From assembly GCA_964013565.1 (NCBI GenBank), contig CAXGWU010000001.1, positions 93,601 to 157,600 of the forward strand: a DNA stretch of 64,000 bases. The letters run 5' to 3'. Position 1 is the first letter of the stretch. Every line of letters starts with the position of its first letter. A program made the translations under genes and the position numbers. Below, one piece after another: positions 18,465 to 27,230 of the stretch. A model generated the notes under the pieces. The model worked only from the letters and a program-made list of their open reading frames with translations. It searched no databases and was not told the origin of the DNA. This stretch comes from an uncultured Oligoflexia bacterium. GTDB taxonomy: Bacteria; Bdellovibrionota; UBA1018; UBA6935.

Positions 18465-19850
18465 TTATTTAATCTTTCTGCGTATAAATAACGTTTTACA
18501 AAGTGGAGTCTTTTTTTCTCCTGAAAATACAGACTGTAAAGTTTCCGAAATTTCAAAACCTAAATTTAAAACTGATATATCTGGCTGAGTAATGTTAAAT
18601 GAATTCGTCACAACCATGAGATCAATGTCTGGCGAGTCAATTGCTTTTTGAGCGTTTCCTGCAAGATGGCTAACAACACCAAATATCTTATTTGCACCAT
18701 GCTTTTTAAGAAACTCTGCTGACTCGGCAAGTGTTCCTCCAGAGGCAGTTTCGTCATCAACAATCGCTACAGTATGCCCTTTTACAGAGTCTCCACTAAT
18801 CCCGAGAATACGAGTCTCTCCAGTGAGAGGATTTCTTTTCTTATTGATAATTGCGAGGGGTAGGTGAAGTTCTTCTGCATATAAAGTAGCATCTTTTTGA
18901 AAACCAGCGTCAGGAGAAACGATAATAGAAACTCCCAGTTTCTTGAGTTCTTTATTGATTGTTTCTCTTCCGTTGATTTCAAAAACAGGGATAGAAAAAA
19001 AACCTACACTCTGAGGTGCATGCGGTCTTACAATTGTTATTGTTTTTACTCCTAGTCCCTCAATGAGGTCAGCAGTGAGTCTTCCTGTTACAGTAATTCC
19101 AAATTGATCTATCTTATCTGATCGAGCATAAGGAAGGTAGGGAGAGATCAGGTGAACTTGTTGCCACTTTGATTGAGTGCTATATATTTTATGTAAAGTA
19201 TCAAAAAATGATTTGTTTATTGGAGACTCAAGAGAAGATACATAAAATATATTGTATCCAGAGAGCTTTTTATTGTTGGGGTTCCATTCAGATTCTTGAA
19301 TGACTGGGATATTGAGTTGTTTTGATAAGGTGTCTCTCAATGAAGGGTTTGTGTCTCCTACAATTGCAAACTTTTTTTTAAAATTTTTTGTTTTTGTTTG
19401 ATATTCTGGAAAGTCATAATCTTGGTTTGCAATACGGTAAGATTCCGCCCCCGAAATTTTGAAAAGTTTTAATACAAAAGTTGAAGGTAAGGATTCAGAT
19501 TCAAAATGAACGGATATTGATAAGGCACCCATTGTTTTAGCGGTGCGAACTTTAATGAGAGCTTCCATAAGAAGGTCATCATGATCTTCAATGTTGTTTG
19601 GAATATACAGAGTTAGTTTCTGATTGATAGGATTTTTTAAAAATCGAACAAAAGTATTTCCGTTGCTAAACTCCGTTGTTTTTGTCGGAAGAATTTTACT
19701 TTCAATAGTTTCAGAATACGATTGAGTCTTTGCCTCATATCCACGAATTCCAACAAGCCATGGCTTTTTAGAAGCGATACAAACATTTGAAAAGCTAAAG
19801 CTTAAAAGAAATAAAAGTCCAAATTGTATTTTTTTTTGTGCCCCACCCAT
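18465..19850 (-). CDS. secreted ribose-phosphate pyrophosphokinase (Prs/PRPP synthetase) homolog with an N-terminal extension
   Basis: Signal peptide MGGAQKKIQFGLLFLLSFSFSNVCIA. Matches Prs landmarks: FAIVGDTNPSLRDTL…, ISPYLPYARSDK (cf. PYFGYARQDRK), RPHAPQSVGFFSIPVFEING (cf. DLHAxQIQGFFDIPVDN), IVSPDAG, AIINKKR, and PRPP loop VAIVDDETASGGT. The first ~130 aa look like a degenerate extra Prs N-half. Confidence 0.7.
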   Translation of the reverse strand: MGGAQKKIQFGLLFLLSFSFSNVCIASKKPWLVGIRGYEAKTQSYSETIESKILPTKTTEFSNGNTFVRFLKNPINQKLTLYIPNNIEDHDDLLMEALIKVRTAKTMGALSISVHFESESLPSTFVLKLFKISGAESYRIANQDYDFPEYQTKTKNFKKKFAIVGDTNPSLRDTLSKQLNIPVIQESEWNPNNKKLSGYNIFYVSSLESPINKSFFDTLHKIYSTQSKWQQVHLISPYLPYARSDKIDQFGITVTGRLTADLIEGLGVKTITIVRPHAPQSVGFFSIPVFEINGRETINKELKKLGVSIIVSPDAGFQKDATLYAEELHLPLAIINKKRNPLTGETRILGISGDSVKGHTVAIVDDETASGGTLAESAEFLKKHGANKIFGVVSHLAGNAQKAIDSPDIDLMVVTNSFNITQPDISVLNLGFEISETLQSVFSGEKKTPLCKTLFIRRKIK

Positions 19851-20214
19851 TAATACTTTTGATCCTTTCTTATGTGTTTCTAGGAGTCCTTAGAATTCGA
19901 ATTGCAATGTGTCAATCTGTATGGTTAAAAAAATTATAAGAAGAATTTGCTTTTTATAATTAAAACCAACTTAGATTGTTGTTTATGAATAGATTGATTT
20001 AATGAGATTTCTTTATAGATAACCGGTTATTTGATTTTAAAATCGGTTTGTTAATGCCTATTTTGTTGTTTAGAAGAATCCAATGATAAATTAATGCATA
20101 TTGCTAATCTAAATGGATGGAAGTTCTACAGTTTAATGAATAAAGACGAAGGATCTAAAGTTTATGAATGTGTCTGCCTTGTTCTAAATGAGGATCATGC
20201 TAGAGTACCATGCG

Positions 20215-21009
20215 ATGAAAAATTATCTCGAATTGATGGAAAAGGTTTTGGTAGAGGGGACTCATAAAGAAGATCGGACAGGAACTGGAACAATAAGCTT
20301 ATTTGGCCATCAGATGCGATTTGACCTCGAAGAAGGTTTTCCTTTGGTGACGACAAAAAAAGCTCATCTTAAGTCGATCATTTATGAACTTCTTTGGTTT
20401 TTAAGAGGTGAAGGGAATATTCAATATTTAAAAGATCACAAAGTCACCATCTGGGATGAGTGGGCGGATCAAAAAGGTGATTTAGGGCCAGTCTACGGTG
20501 TTCAGTGGCGTTCCTGGCCAAAGCCGGATGGTCAGGTTGTTGATCAAATTTCTACAGTGGTTAATCAAATAAAAACAAACCCGGATTCTCGGAGATTAAT
20601 TGTCAGTGCGTGGAATGTAGGAATGCTTGATAAAATGGCTCTTCCTCCATGTCATGCTTTTTTTCAATTTTATGTCGCAGAAGGAAAGCTTTCTTGCCAG
20701 CTTTATCAAAGAAGTGCGGACTTGTTTTTGGGGGTTCCTTTTAATATTGCCAGTTACAGCTTACTCGTGTTGATGATGGCTCAGGTTTGTGGATTAAAGC
20801 CAGGGAGTTTTGTACATACTTTTGGAGATGTACATCTTTATACGAATCATTTAGAGCAAGCAAAAACTCAGCTCTCTCGAATTCCAAGAAAAAAACCTCT
20901 GATGAAACTAAATCCTGAAGTCAAAAATATTTTTGACTTTAAGTATGAGGATTTTGAATTGGTTGATTATGATCCGTATCCTGCAATCAAAGCACCGGTA
21001 GCAGTATGA
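20215..21009 (+). CDS. thyA: thymidylate synthase (ThyA)
   Basis: [26 protein letters not shown]…, an active-site Cys region ([11 protein letters not shown]), and near-colinearity with E. coli ThyA. Start taken at the MKNY Met (20215) rather than the ORF-track ATG 27 nt upstream. Confidence 0.9.
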   Translation: MKNYLELMEKVLVEGTHKEDRTGTGTISLFGHQMRFDLEEGFPLVTTKKAHLKSIIYELLWFLRGEGNIQYLKDHKVTIWDEWADQKGDLGPVYGVQWRSWPKPDGQVVDQISTVVNQIKTNPDSRRLIVSAWNVGMLDKMALPPCHAFFQFYVAEGKLSCQLYQRSADLFLGVPFNIASYSLLVLMMAQVCGLKPGSFVHTFGDVHLYTNHLEQAKTQLSRIPRKKPLMKLNPEVKNIFDFKYEDFELVDYDPYPAIKAPVAV

Positions 21010-21482
21010 TTTCATTAATTGCTGCAATGGCGGAAAACCGGGTGATCGGCAAAGATGGAACGCTTCCTTGGAATATCCCTAGTGAAATGAAGTATTTTAG
21101 GGAAACAACTTCTGGATGTCCGATCATCATGGGAAGAAAAACGTTGGAAGAGTTAGGTGGAAAGCCCCTACCTAAAAGACGTAATATTGTAATCACTAGA
21201 AATAGAGATCTAGTTGTAGACTCTCGGATTGAGGTTTTTCATTCTCTTAAGGAAGCGATTGAAAATATTTCCTCTCAGATAGAAGTTTTTGTCATTGGTG
21301 GTGCTCAAATGTATAAGGAAGCTCTTCCATACTGTGATCGAATTTATTTAACTTCTATTCATGAGACTTACGAGGGAGATACTTATTTTCCTGAATTTAA
21401 CGAAGAGAGTTATGAGATTATTCGTGAAACATTTGTTGAAGAAGATCCTTCTTATACGATTCGAGTCTACCAAAAAAAATAG
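21006..21482 (+). CDS. folA: dihydrofolate reductase
   Basis: [35 protein letters not shown]… GRKT…, the classic DHFR N-terminus. 4-nt overlap with thyA (thyA-folA operon). Confidence 0.9.
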   Translation: MISLIAAMAENRVIGKDGTLPWNIPSEMKYFRETTSGCPIIMGRKTLEELGGKPLPKRRNIVITRNRDLVVDSRIEVFHSLKEAIENISSQIEVFVIGGAQMYKEALPYCDRIYLTSIHETYEGDTYFPEFNEESYEIIRETFVEEDPSYTIRVYQKK

Positions 21483-21606
21483 TTCTCGTTTTATTCTGCA
21501 GACATTTGTAAACACATTTTTATGAATAGTCATTCATTTATGATGAATGGCTTGACGAAAAACGTATTTTTAGTTCTGATTTGGATGAATAAGTATAGAA
21601 TTAAAA

Positions 21607-22719
21607 GTGGGGGCATTGTTAATGCGATTTCTTCTTATCGTATCTTTTTTATTTTTAAGTCAAAATAGTTTTGCTCATCCGATGATGATTCGTCATGGGT
21701 ATACGACCTGTGTGACTTGTCATCGATCTCCACTGGGTGGATCTTTGTTGACTGATTACGGAAAAGGAATTGCAGCATCTCTTTCGATCTCTCCTTCAGA
21801 ATATGATCCTGAAGAAAAGAGTTCATTTGAAAAAACGCTTACACTAAATGGTCGCATTCAGCATGGGCTCCAGTTTCGTGGTGTAGTTTTAGATAAGAAT
21901 GGTGAATGGTCGGCCTTTCCGATGCAACTTGATTATTTAAATTTTATTGATTTTGGAAAAGGACATGGTTTTCAGTTCGAAGTAGGGCGAACTCCAAATC
22001 GAAGTGATGGGACTCGTTCTTTTTTAAATACGCTTTTATTGAGACGAGCGGTTTACTCTTATCGTTGGAAAAAGAAGAAAAGAGGAGATCAAATTACTAT
22101 TGGTAGAGACTACCTTCCTTATGGAATTAGAATCGATGATCATCGTGCCTATATTCGATTTAGAAATCGACAGGATGTCAGTGATGTCGTTTCCACAATT
22201 AGATATGATTTTTGGAGAGAGAATGATCAATCTACCTTTTTTTTAGGGGCACCGAGTGGACAAGAAGTATCTCAAAATGGAGAGTGGTCTTTAGGGGGAA
22301 GATATGAGTATTATTTAGATTCTCACTTTTCTCTTGGGGGAATTGGTCTTTTTGCTCACTCAGAAGTATTAAATAGAACTCTGCTGGGTTTATTTTCTCG
22401 CTATGGAAATGAACAATATGGAGTTCTTTCCGAATATGATTTTAATTTTAGAAATATTTTAAATCGATCAGATGAATCTTTTTTTCAGCATTCGTTTTAT
22501 CTCAGGCCATTTTATTATCCAGTTGAATTTTTGGAAATCGCTTTTATTGGAGAACTTCTTTATGTTCAAAGTCCTTTTTTGGAGTTTAATAAGCGACTTG
22601 GTCTGGGGTTAGATTTGAAAATTTTAAGAAATCTAACTTTTAAAACAGACTTTAGGAAGGCGTGGAATCAATCTCTTTCTGAAGATTTATTGATGGCACA
22701 ATTGTTTTTGAATTTTTAG
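21607..22719 (+). CDS. secreted protein with a single CxxCH heme-binding motif; possible outer-membrane beta-barrel
   Basis: Signal peptide. CVTCH motif near the N-terminus. Alternating aromatic/hydrophobic pattern and a C-terminal …LFLNF (terminal Phe) consistent with an OMP beta-signal. Confidence 0.45.
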   Translation: MGALLMRFLLIVSFLFLSQNSFAHPMMIRHGYTTCVTCHRSPLGGSLLTDYGKGIAASLSISPSEYDPEEKSSFEKTLTLNGRIQHGLQFRGVVLDKNGEWSAFPMQLDYLNFIDFGKGHGFQFEVGRTPNRSDGTRSFLNTLLLRRAVYSYRWKKKKRGDQITIGRDYLPYGIRIDDHRAYIRFRNRQDVSDVVSTIRYDFWRENDQSTFFLGAPSGQEVSQNGEWSLGGRYEYYLDSHFSLGGIGLFAHSEVLNRTLLGLFSRYGNEQYGVLSEYDFNFRNILNRSDESFFQHSFYLRPFYYPVEFLEIAFIGELLYVQSPFLEFNKRLGLGLDLKILRNLTFKTDFRKAWNQSLSEDLLMAQLFLNF

Positions 22720-22728
22720 GAGGAATTT

Positions 22729-23403
22729 ATGAAGAAGTTTTCTTTATTGCTTTTTTTATTCGTTGGAGCTTGTGCCAAAACGGGAACGGATGAAGCGTCT
22801 CAGTTTGGAGGACCTTCACAATCAGAATTATTGAATCGTCTGAAAGAAGTTTCCGCATATGAGAGAGTTCAAATGATTGTTCAGGAGAAATGTATTAATT
22901 GTCACACGGGATTTCATCGATCGTGGGCAAAGAATTTGCAAAAATCAATTTCAAAACGAATCAAGCCAGGAGATCCTATTCGATCCTCTCTTTATTGCAG
23001 AACAGACCCCAATTGTTCTCGGCGGTCGTTAATGCCTCTTAATTCAAGTCCTCTCAGTGATATTGAGAGGACTTATATTCGAGATTATATTTTGAGTTTA
23101 GAACAAACAGATCCAGATCCCGTTCCTCCTCCGGTTCTTAAGAAGGTGAGTTTTGTCGATTTGAAAAAAACGGTCTTAGATGTGAGTTGCGCTAAATGTC
23201 ACGGAGATCCAAGTCAAAATACAGAGGGTTTTGACCCTCCTCTTTATACTTATGATCAGGTAAAAGAGAAAATTGAGCTTGTGATCGACCGAGTTCAAAC
23301 GGCTAAAGACATGCCTCCAGAGTGGGATGATGAAGCTGTTTTCCCTTCGGAAAAACAGAGAAGTCTTTTCTTTCAATGGAAAGAGGGAGGATTTCTTCCT
23401 TAA
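22729..23403 (+). CDS. diheme c-type cytochrome lipoprotein
   Basis: Lipobox (FVGAC) and two CxxCH motifs (CINCH, CAKCH). Starts 10 nt after the upstream gene. Confidence 0.6.
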   Translation: MKKFSLLLFLFVGACAKTGTDEASQFGGPSQSELLNRLKEVSAYERVQMIVQEKCINCHTGFHRSWAKNLQKSISKRIKPGDPIRSSLYCRTDPNCSRRSLMPLNSSPLSDIERTYIRDYILSLEQTDPDPVPPPVLKKVSFVDLKKTVLDVSCAKCHGDPSQNTEGFDPPLYTYDQVKEKIELVIDRVQTAKDMPPEWDDEAVFPSEKQRSLFFQWKEGGFLP

Positions 23404-23479
23404 GTCATCTCTTTGACGTTATTGAGCTCGGCTTAATTTTCCTACTTTCTGTATGAAAAAACGTAGTTATAATTGAGGG

Positions 23480-24451
23480 ATGTCATTGCGAATTAAAATT
23501 TGGGGAGCGCGTGGCTCCCTCCCTACACCCCATCTTCCTTCTGAGTTAAATCAACGATTTACTCATTTGATGCATGACTTTTTCGAGTCCGGATACAAAA
23601 AGAAAAGTGATGTTCAAACTTTTTTAGAAGGACTTCCTCTTTATAAGTTAGGCGGCTATGGAGGAAACTCTCCTTGTATTGAAGTAAATAGTGATCGCGA
23701 TCAAATGATTATTGATGGTGGAAGTGGTATTCGGCTTTTAGGATATCAACTGATGAATGGACCCTGCGGTAAAGGAAAAGGAGAGGTTCATCTTTTCTTT
23801 ACTCACTTTCACTGGGATCATCTCATTGGCCTTCCTTTTTTTACCCCTCTTTTTATACCTGGGAATAAAATTCATGTTTATTCGGTTCAGAAAGATTTGC
23901 CTGAAGTTTTTCAAACCATTTTCAAAAAACCGTATTTTCCAGTTTCAATTGATAGTTTAGAAGCGGATATTATTTATCATCAGTTAGAGCCACGAAAACC
24001 TCTTAAGTTTGGGGATATGGTGATTACTCCTTATCAGCTAGATCACCCAGATCCATGTTGGGGGTACCGAGTTGAAAGTGGAGGAAAAGTCTATTCTCAT
24101 TGTGTTGATACTGAAGCGACTCGCATTTCAGAAAAAGAATTGGGTCTTGACCTCCCTCTTTATCAAAATGTTGATTTGATGTTGTTTGATGCTCAGTATA
24201 CGTTGATGGAGACGATCGAAAAAATCAATTGGGGTCATGCTACGGCTTCGATTGGACTTGATATTGCTATTCGAGAAAAAATCAAAAAAGTTCTTTTCAT
24301 GCATCATGATCCAGCTTCTTCAGATGAAAAAATAGCAGCTGCTGAAGCAGAAGCCAGAAGATATTATCAAATTCAGAAAAAAGCTGAAGAATCAGGTTTT
24401 TTTGAGGTGGATTGGTCTTTTGCATTTGAAGGCCAAGAGATTGAGTTGTAG
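23480..24451 (+). CDS. MBL-fold metallo-hydrolase
   Basis: HFHWDHLIGLP (HxHxDH) zinc-binding motif, plus downstream His/Asp residues. Confidence 0.7.
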   Translation: MSLRIKIWGARGSLPTPHLPSELNQRFTHLMHDFFESGYKKKSDVQTFLEGLPLYKLGGYGGNSPCIEVNSDRDQMIIDGGSGIRLLGYQLMNGPCGKGKGEVHLFFTHFHWDHLIGLPFFTPLFIPGNKIHVYSVQKDLPEVFQTIFKKPYFPVSIDSLEADIIYHQLEPRKPLKFGDMVITPYQLDHPDPCWGYRVESGGKVYSHCVDTEATRISEKELGLDLPLYQNVDLMLFDAQYTLMETIEKINWGHATASIGLDIAIREKIKKVLFMHHDPASSDEKIAAAEAEARRYYQIQKKAEESGFFEVDWSFAFEGQEIEL

Positions 24452-24462
24452 AAAGAAGGACA

Positions 24463-24771
24463 ATGAGTTCAGATGACTATTTTTTCTTAAGTCCAGAAGA
24501 CACAGATCCAGCTCGGATAAAAAAAGAACGAGAAAAAGCAAAAAAATTAAAGAAAACACAGTGGTGGCAGAATCAACTGAATCAAGGAGTTTGCCATTAT
24601 TGCGAAAAATCCTTTTCTGCTCAGCAGTTGACGATGGATCATGTCGTTCCACTCGCTCGAGGGGGGACGAGTTCAAAGGGGAATATCGTTCCTTGTTGTC
24701 GGGAGTGTAATCAAAAAAAGAAATTAGGAATTCCGGCCGAAGATTTGTTAAAAAATATACAAGATGAATAA
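24463..24771 (+). CDS. HNH endonuclease (small, stand-alone)
   Basis: CHYCEKS… MDHVVPLARGGTSSKGNIVPCCRECNQKK, an HNH motif with a Cys4 zinc finger. 8-nt overlap with mepA. Confidence 0.7.
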   Translation: MSSDDYFFLSPEDTDPARIKKEREKAKKLKKTQWWQNQLNQGVCHYCEKSFSAQQLTMDHVVPLARGGTSSKGNIVPCCRECNQKKKLGIPAEDLLKNIQDE

Positions 24772-25810
24772 GTTAATCCCTCTTTTTTTATTCTTAGGAA
24801 CGACTCTTTTATTTGCAGGGGGAGAGCAAATTGAGTTTTGTCCCGCATGTGGACCAGAGTCTGAATATATTGTTTATCCTGACGAAGGCCTTACCTTAAA
24901 CTTTTGTGCAAAATGGGATCCTGACTTTGCGTTTCGAGGAGGAAGATGTTGCGGAAAAATTCCTTGGAAATACCGAAGAAGAAGGATTCGGTGTAATCCT
25001 GCGAGGGCAAAAAGATCATTTTGTGATGAACAGACTCAAGAGCAAATGAATTACATTCGGTCTGTAAAAACAGGAAAAATTAAAGATATTTTAGCACATT
25101 TACTCATTGAGTCTGGAAAACGAGGTCCTCAGGCTTATTGTAAAGTGAATCAAGGGTTTTTGGCTTGGGGAAGGCCGATCGTCTCAACAGAAGAAAATCG
25201 ACTGATTGTTCGTAGAGAGCATCGTTGTGTACATTTTGGTACAGATCGCATGGTTGGAATGCTTGAATGGGTTGGAAGAGAAATTTCGAAAACTTACTTT
25301 TCAGTTTCAGAAAAAGGAATCAAGCTTTTAGTTGGTGATATTTCAGCGCCTCGCGGAGGCTGTCTTTTTGGCCGAGGAGGAAGGAGAGGTCATGCTTCTC
25401 ATATGACAGGGCAAGATGTGGACATCGGATTTTTACATGCAAACAAAGATCGAAAATCGCCTCTTTCCTTTTCAAGAAAATTTGATCCTGAGGCGAATTG
25501 GTGGTTAATAAAGAAATTTTTTCAAAACCCTTTTGCCTGTATTAAAGTAATTTTTATTGATCGAAGGTTGAAAAGAAGATTAAAACGAGTTGCTCAATCA
25601 GATCCGCTGTGGCCAAAAGTTTCTCGGTATTTGAGGCATGTGAGAAGTCATCGCAATCACATGCATGTGCGGATTGGGGATCGAGTGGGGGAGCCAGGGT
25701 GTGGGACTCCTGTTGATATTGAATATGAAGAAAGGTTCTTTGAGGATTTAAGAAAAGAGCTTTTAAAAGAGGGGAATGAGCTTGAAGAAGAAGAGTTTGA
25801 TCAAGACTGA
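24764..25810 (+). CDS. mepA: penicillin-insensitive murein endopeptidase (peptidase M74)
   Basis: Signal peptide. HASHMTGQDVDIGF and HRNHMHVRI metal-binding motifs characteristic of MepA. Confidence 0.8.
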   Translation: MNKLIPLFLFLGTTLLFAGGEQIEFCPACGPESEYIVYPDEGLTLNFCAKWDPDFAFRGGRCCGKIPWKYRRRRIRCNPARAKRSFCDEQTQEQMNYIRSVKTGKIKDILAHLLIESGKRGPQAYCKVNQGFLAWGRPIVSTEENRLIVRREHRCVHFGTDRMVGMLEWVGREISKTYFSVSEKGIKLLVGDISAPRGGCLFGRGGRRGHASHMTGQDVDIGFLHANKDRKSPLSFSRKFDPEANWWLIKKFFQNPFACIKVIFIDRRLKRRLKRVAQSDPLWPKVSRYLRHVRSHRNHMHVRIGDRVGEPGCGTPVDIEYEERFFEDLRKELLKEGNELEEEEFDQD

Positions 25811-26595
25811 GGAAGTTTTGGTTGAGATCGAGTTGCTCGTTGTCCTTGCATCACTGGAGCAATTGGATGAAGAGAAATAGGCTTCAATGCTTCCCGACGA
25901 TATCCTTTTGAAGTGCGAGTGATTCTTACGAGCTCCTGTGTTTTTCTCATCGGATCTTTTGCGACGGGCATAATCAGCCTTCCTCCCACTCGAAGTTGTT
26001 CTATGAGTGGACGAGGAATATGATCGGGAGCTGCGGATAAAATGATGACATCAAAAGGTGCATTACCTTTCCAACCCGCATATCCGTCTCCTGTTTTTGA
26101 TATAATATTCTGGTACCCTAGTTTTTGAAAAACTTTTTGAGCTGACTGGGCAAGTTGAGGAACAATTTCAATCGTAAAAACTTTTTGGGCTAATTTTCCA
26201 AGAACAGCAACGTGATATCCAGAACCAGTTCCCACATTGAGCACATGATCCGTTGGTTTAATTTTTGCTGAATCTGTTAAAAAAGCAACTAGATAAGGAT
26301 TTGCAACGGTTTGTCCAAAGCCAATAGGGATCGGAGTATCGTAATAAGCAAACTCCTGTCGAGCTTTTGGGACAAATTGTTCGCGGGGGACTTGTTTCAT
26401 TGCCCGAATGAGTTTTGGGTTGTGAATTCCTCGTCCGACTACTTGGGATCGAATCATGCGATTTCGAATGGTTTGCATGGGGTCAGAAGGAGCGGGGCGA
26501 GCCTCGCTGATTGATGTAAATCCCATGAATATTAAAAAAAAGAAAAGTCCCCGGTCCATTGATTTCTGGATAACTTTTTTCTTTGCATGTGGCAA
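25801..26595 (-). CDS. pcm: protein-L-isoaspartate O-methyltransferase
   Basis: SAM-binding VLNVGTGSGYHVAVL and the overall Pcm layout. The N-terminus (…MDRGLFFFLIFMGFTSISEA) looks like a signal peptide. An alternative start is at 26559. Confidence 0.85.
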   Translation of the reverse strand: MPHAKKKVIQKSMDRGLFFFLIFMGFTSISEARPAPSDPMQTIRNRMIRSQVVGRGIHNPKLIRAMKQVPREQFVPKARQEFAYYDTPIPIGFGQTVANPYLVAFLTDSAKIKPTDHVLNVGTGSGYHVAVLGKLAQKVFTIEIVPQLAQSAQKVFQKLGYQNIISKTGDGYAGWKGNAPFDVIILSAAPDHIPRPLIEQLRVGGRLIMPVAKDPMRKTQELVRITRTSKGYRREALKPISLHPIAPVMQGQRATRSQPKLPQS

Positions 26596-26703
26596 TTGTT
26601 AAAAGAAGGCTTGGTTTTTATTTGATTTTAAAAATATCTGATGAAATTTGTTTTTTTTAAAAATTAACTTCATTGTTTAAAAAAGACTCATTGTGTTACC
26701 TTT

Positions 26704-27030
26704 GTGCTCATGAATTCAAAAAAGAAGATTTTCATTTTTCTCTTATTTTTTCTGGCTGCTTGTGAAGATCAAAAAACCGATGAAACCACTAAGAAACTAT
26801 GTGAAAAAAAGGTGGGACCGGAATTAAAAACGTCACTCATTGAGAGTTGTTTGCAGGGATTTGCTTTCAAAAAAGAGCTCGTTTCGGCAGAAAAAGCGAA
26901 AGAAGAGTGTAGAAAACGATATCGAGATGTTGCTTTTCAGCAAACGGTTGATGGAGAGAAGGATTTGACTTTGAGTGTATTAACGAGTGGAGAGCTTTAC
27001 CGAGCCTGTCTGAATGGGACAGATCTTTAA
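26704..27030 (+). CDS. small lipoprotein, hypothetical
   Basis: Lipobox LAAC after a hydrophobic N-terminus. 108 aa with several Cys. Confidence 0.45.
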   Translation: MLMNSKKKIFIFLLFFLAACEDQKTDETTKKLCEKKVGPELKTSLIESCLQGFAFKKELVSAEKAKEECRKRYRDVAFQQTVDGEKDLTLSVLTSGELYRACLNGTDL

Positions 27031-27090
27031 GATGGCTTTTCTGTGTACTTCGGAAACATGACAATTCTGTAATCTTTTAAAAAAGATTTT

Positions 27091-27121
27091 TTCACAAAAG
27101 CGGGTAGAGTTTTTGTACAAT
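27091..27121 (+). promoter_or_regulatory. putative sigma70-like promoter upstream of the act operon (TTCACA-N19-TACAAT)
   Basis: Hexamers read directly from the sequence ~110 nt upstream of the actA start. The spacer is long (19 nt), so this is weak. Confidence 0.25.
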
Positions 27122-27230
27122 GCAAGTTAATAAAATAGCAGGAATCATCAACCATTTATGAGGCTCGTTGTATTTCTTCTTTAATTTCAGAGAAGTTGCG
27201 ATGAGTTTCGGAAACTAGACGATTAACTTC

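Noticed and set aside
21482-21606. Imperfect hairpin TCATTCAT…ATGAATGG after folA as an intrinsic terminator
   Set aside because: The stem is imperfect (7/8) and is not followed by a T-run. Too weak to call.
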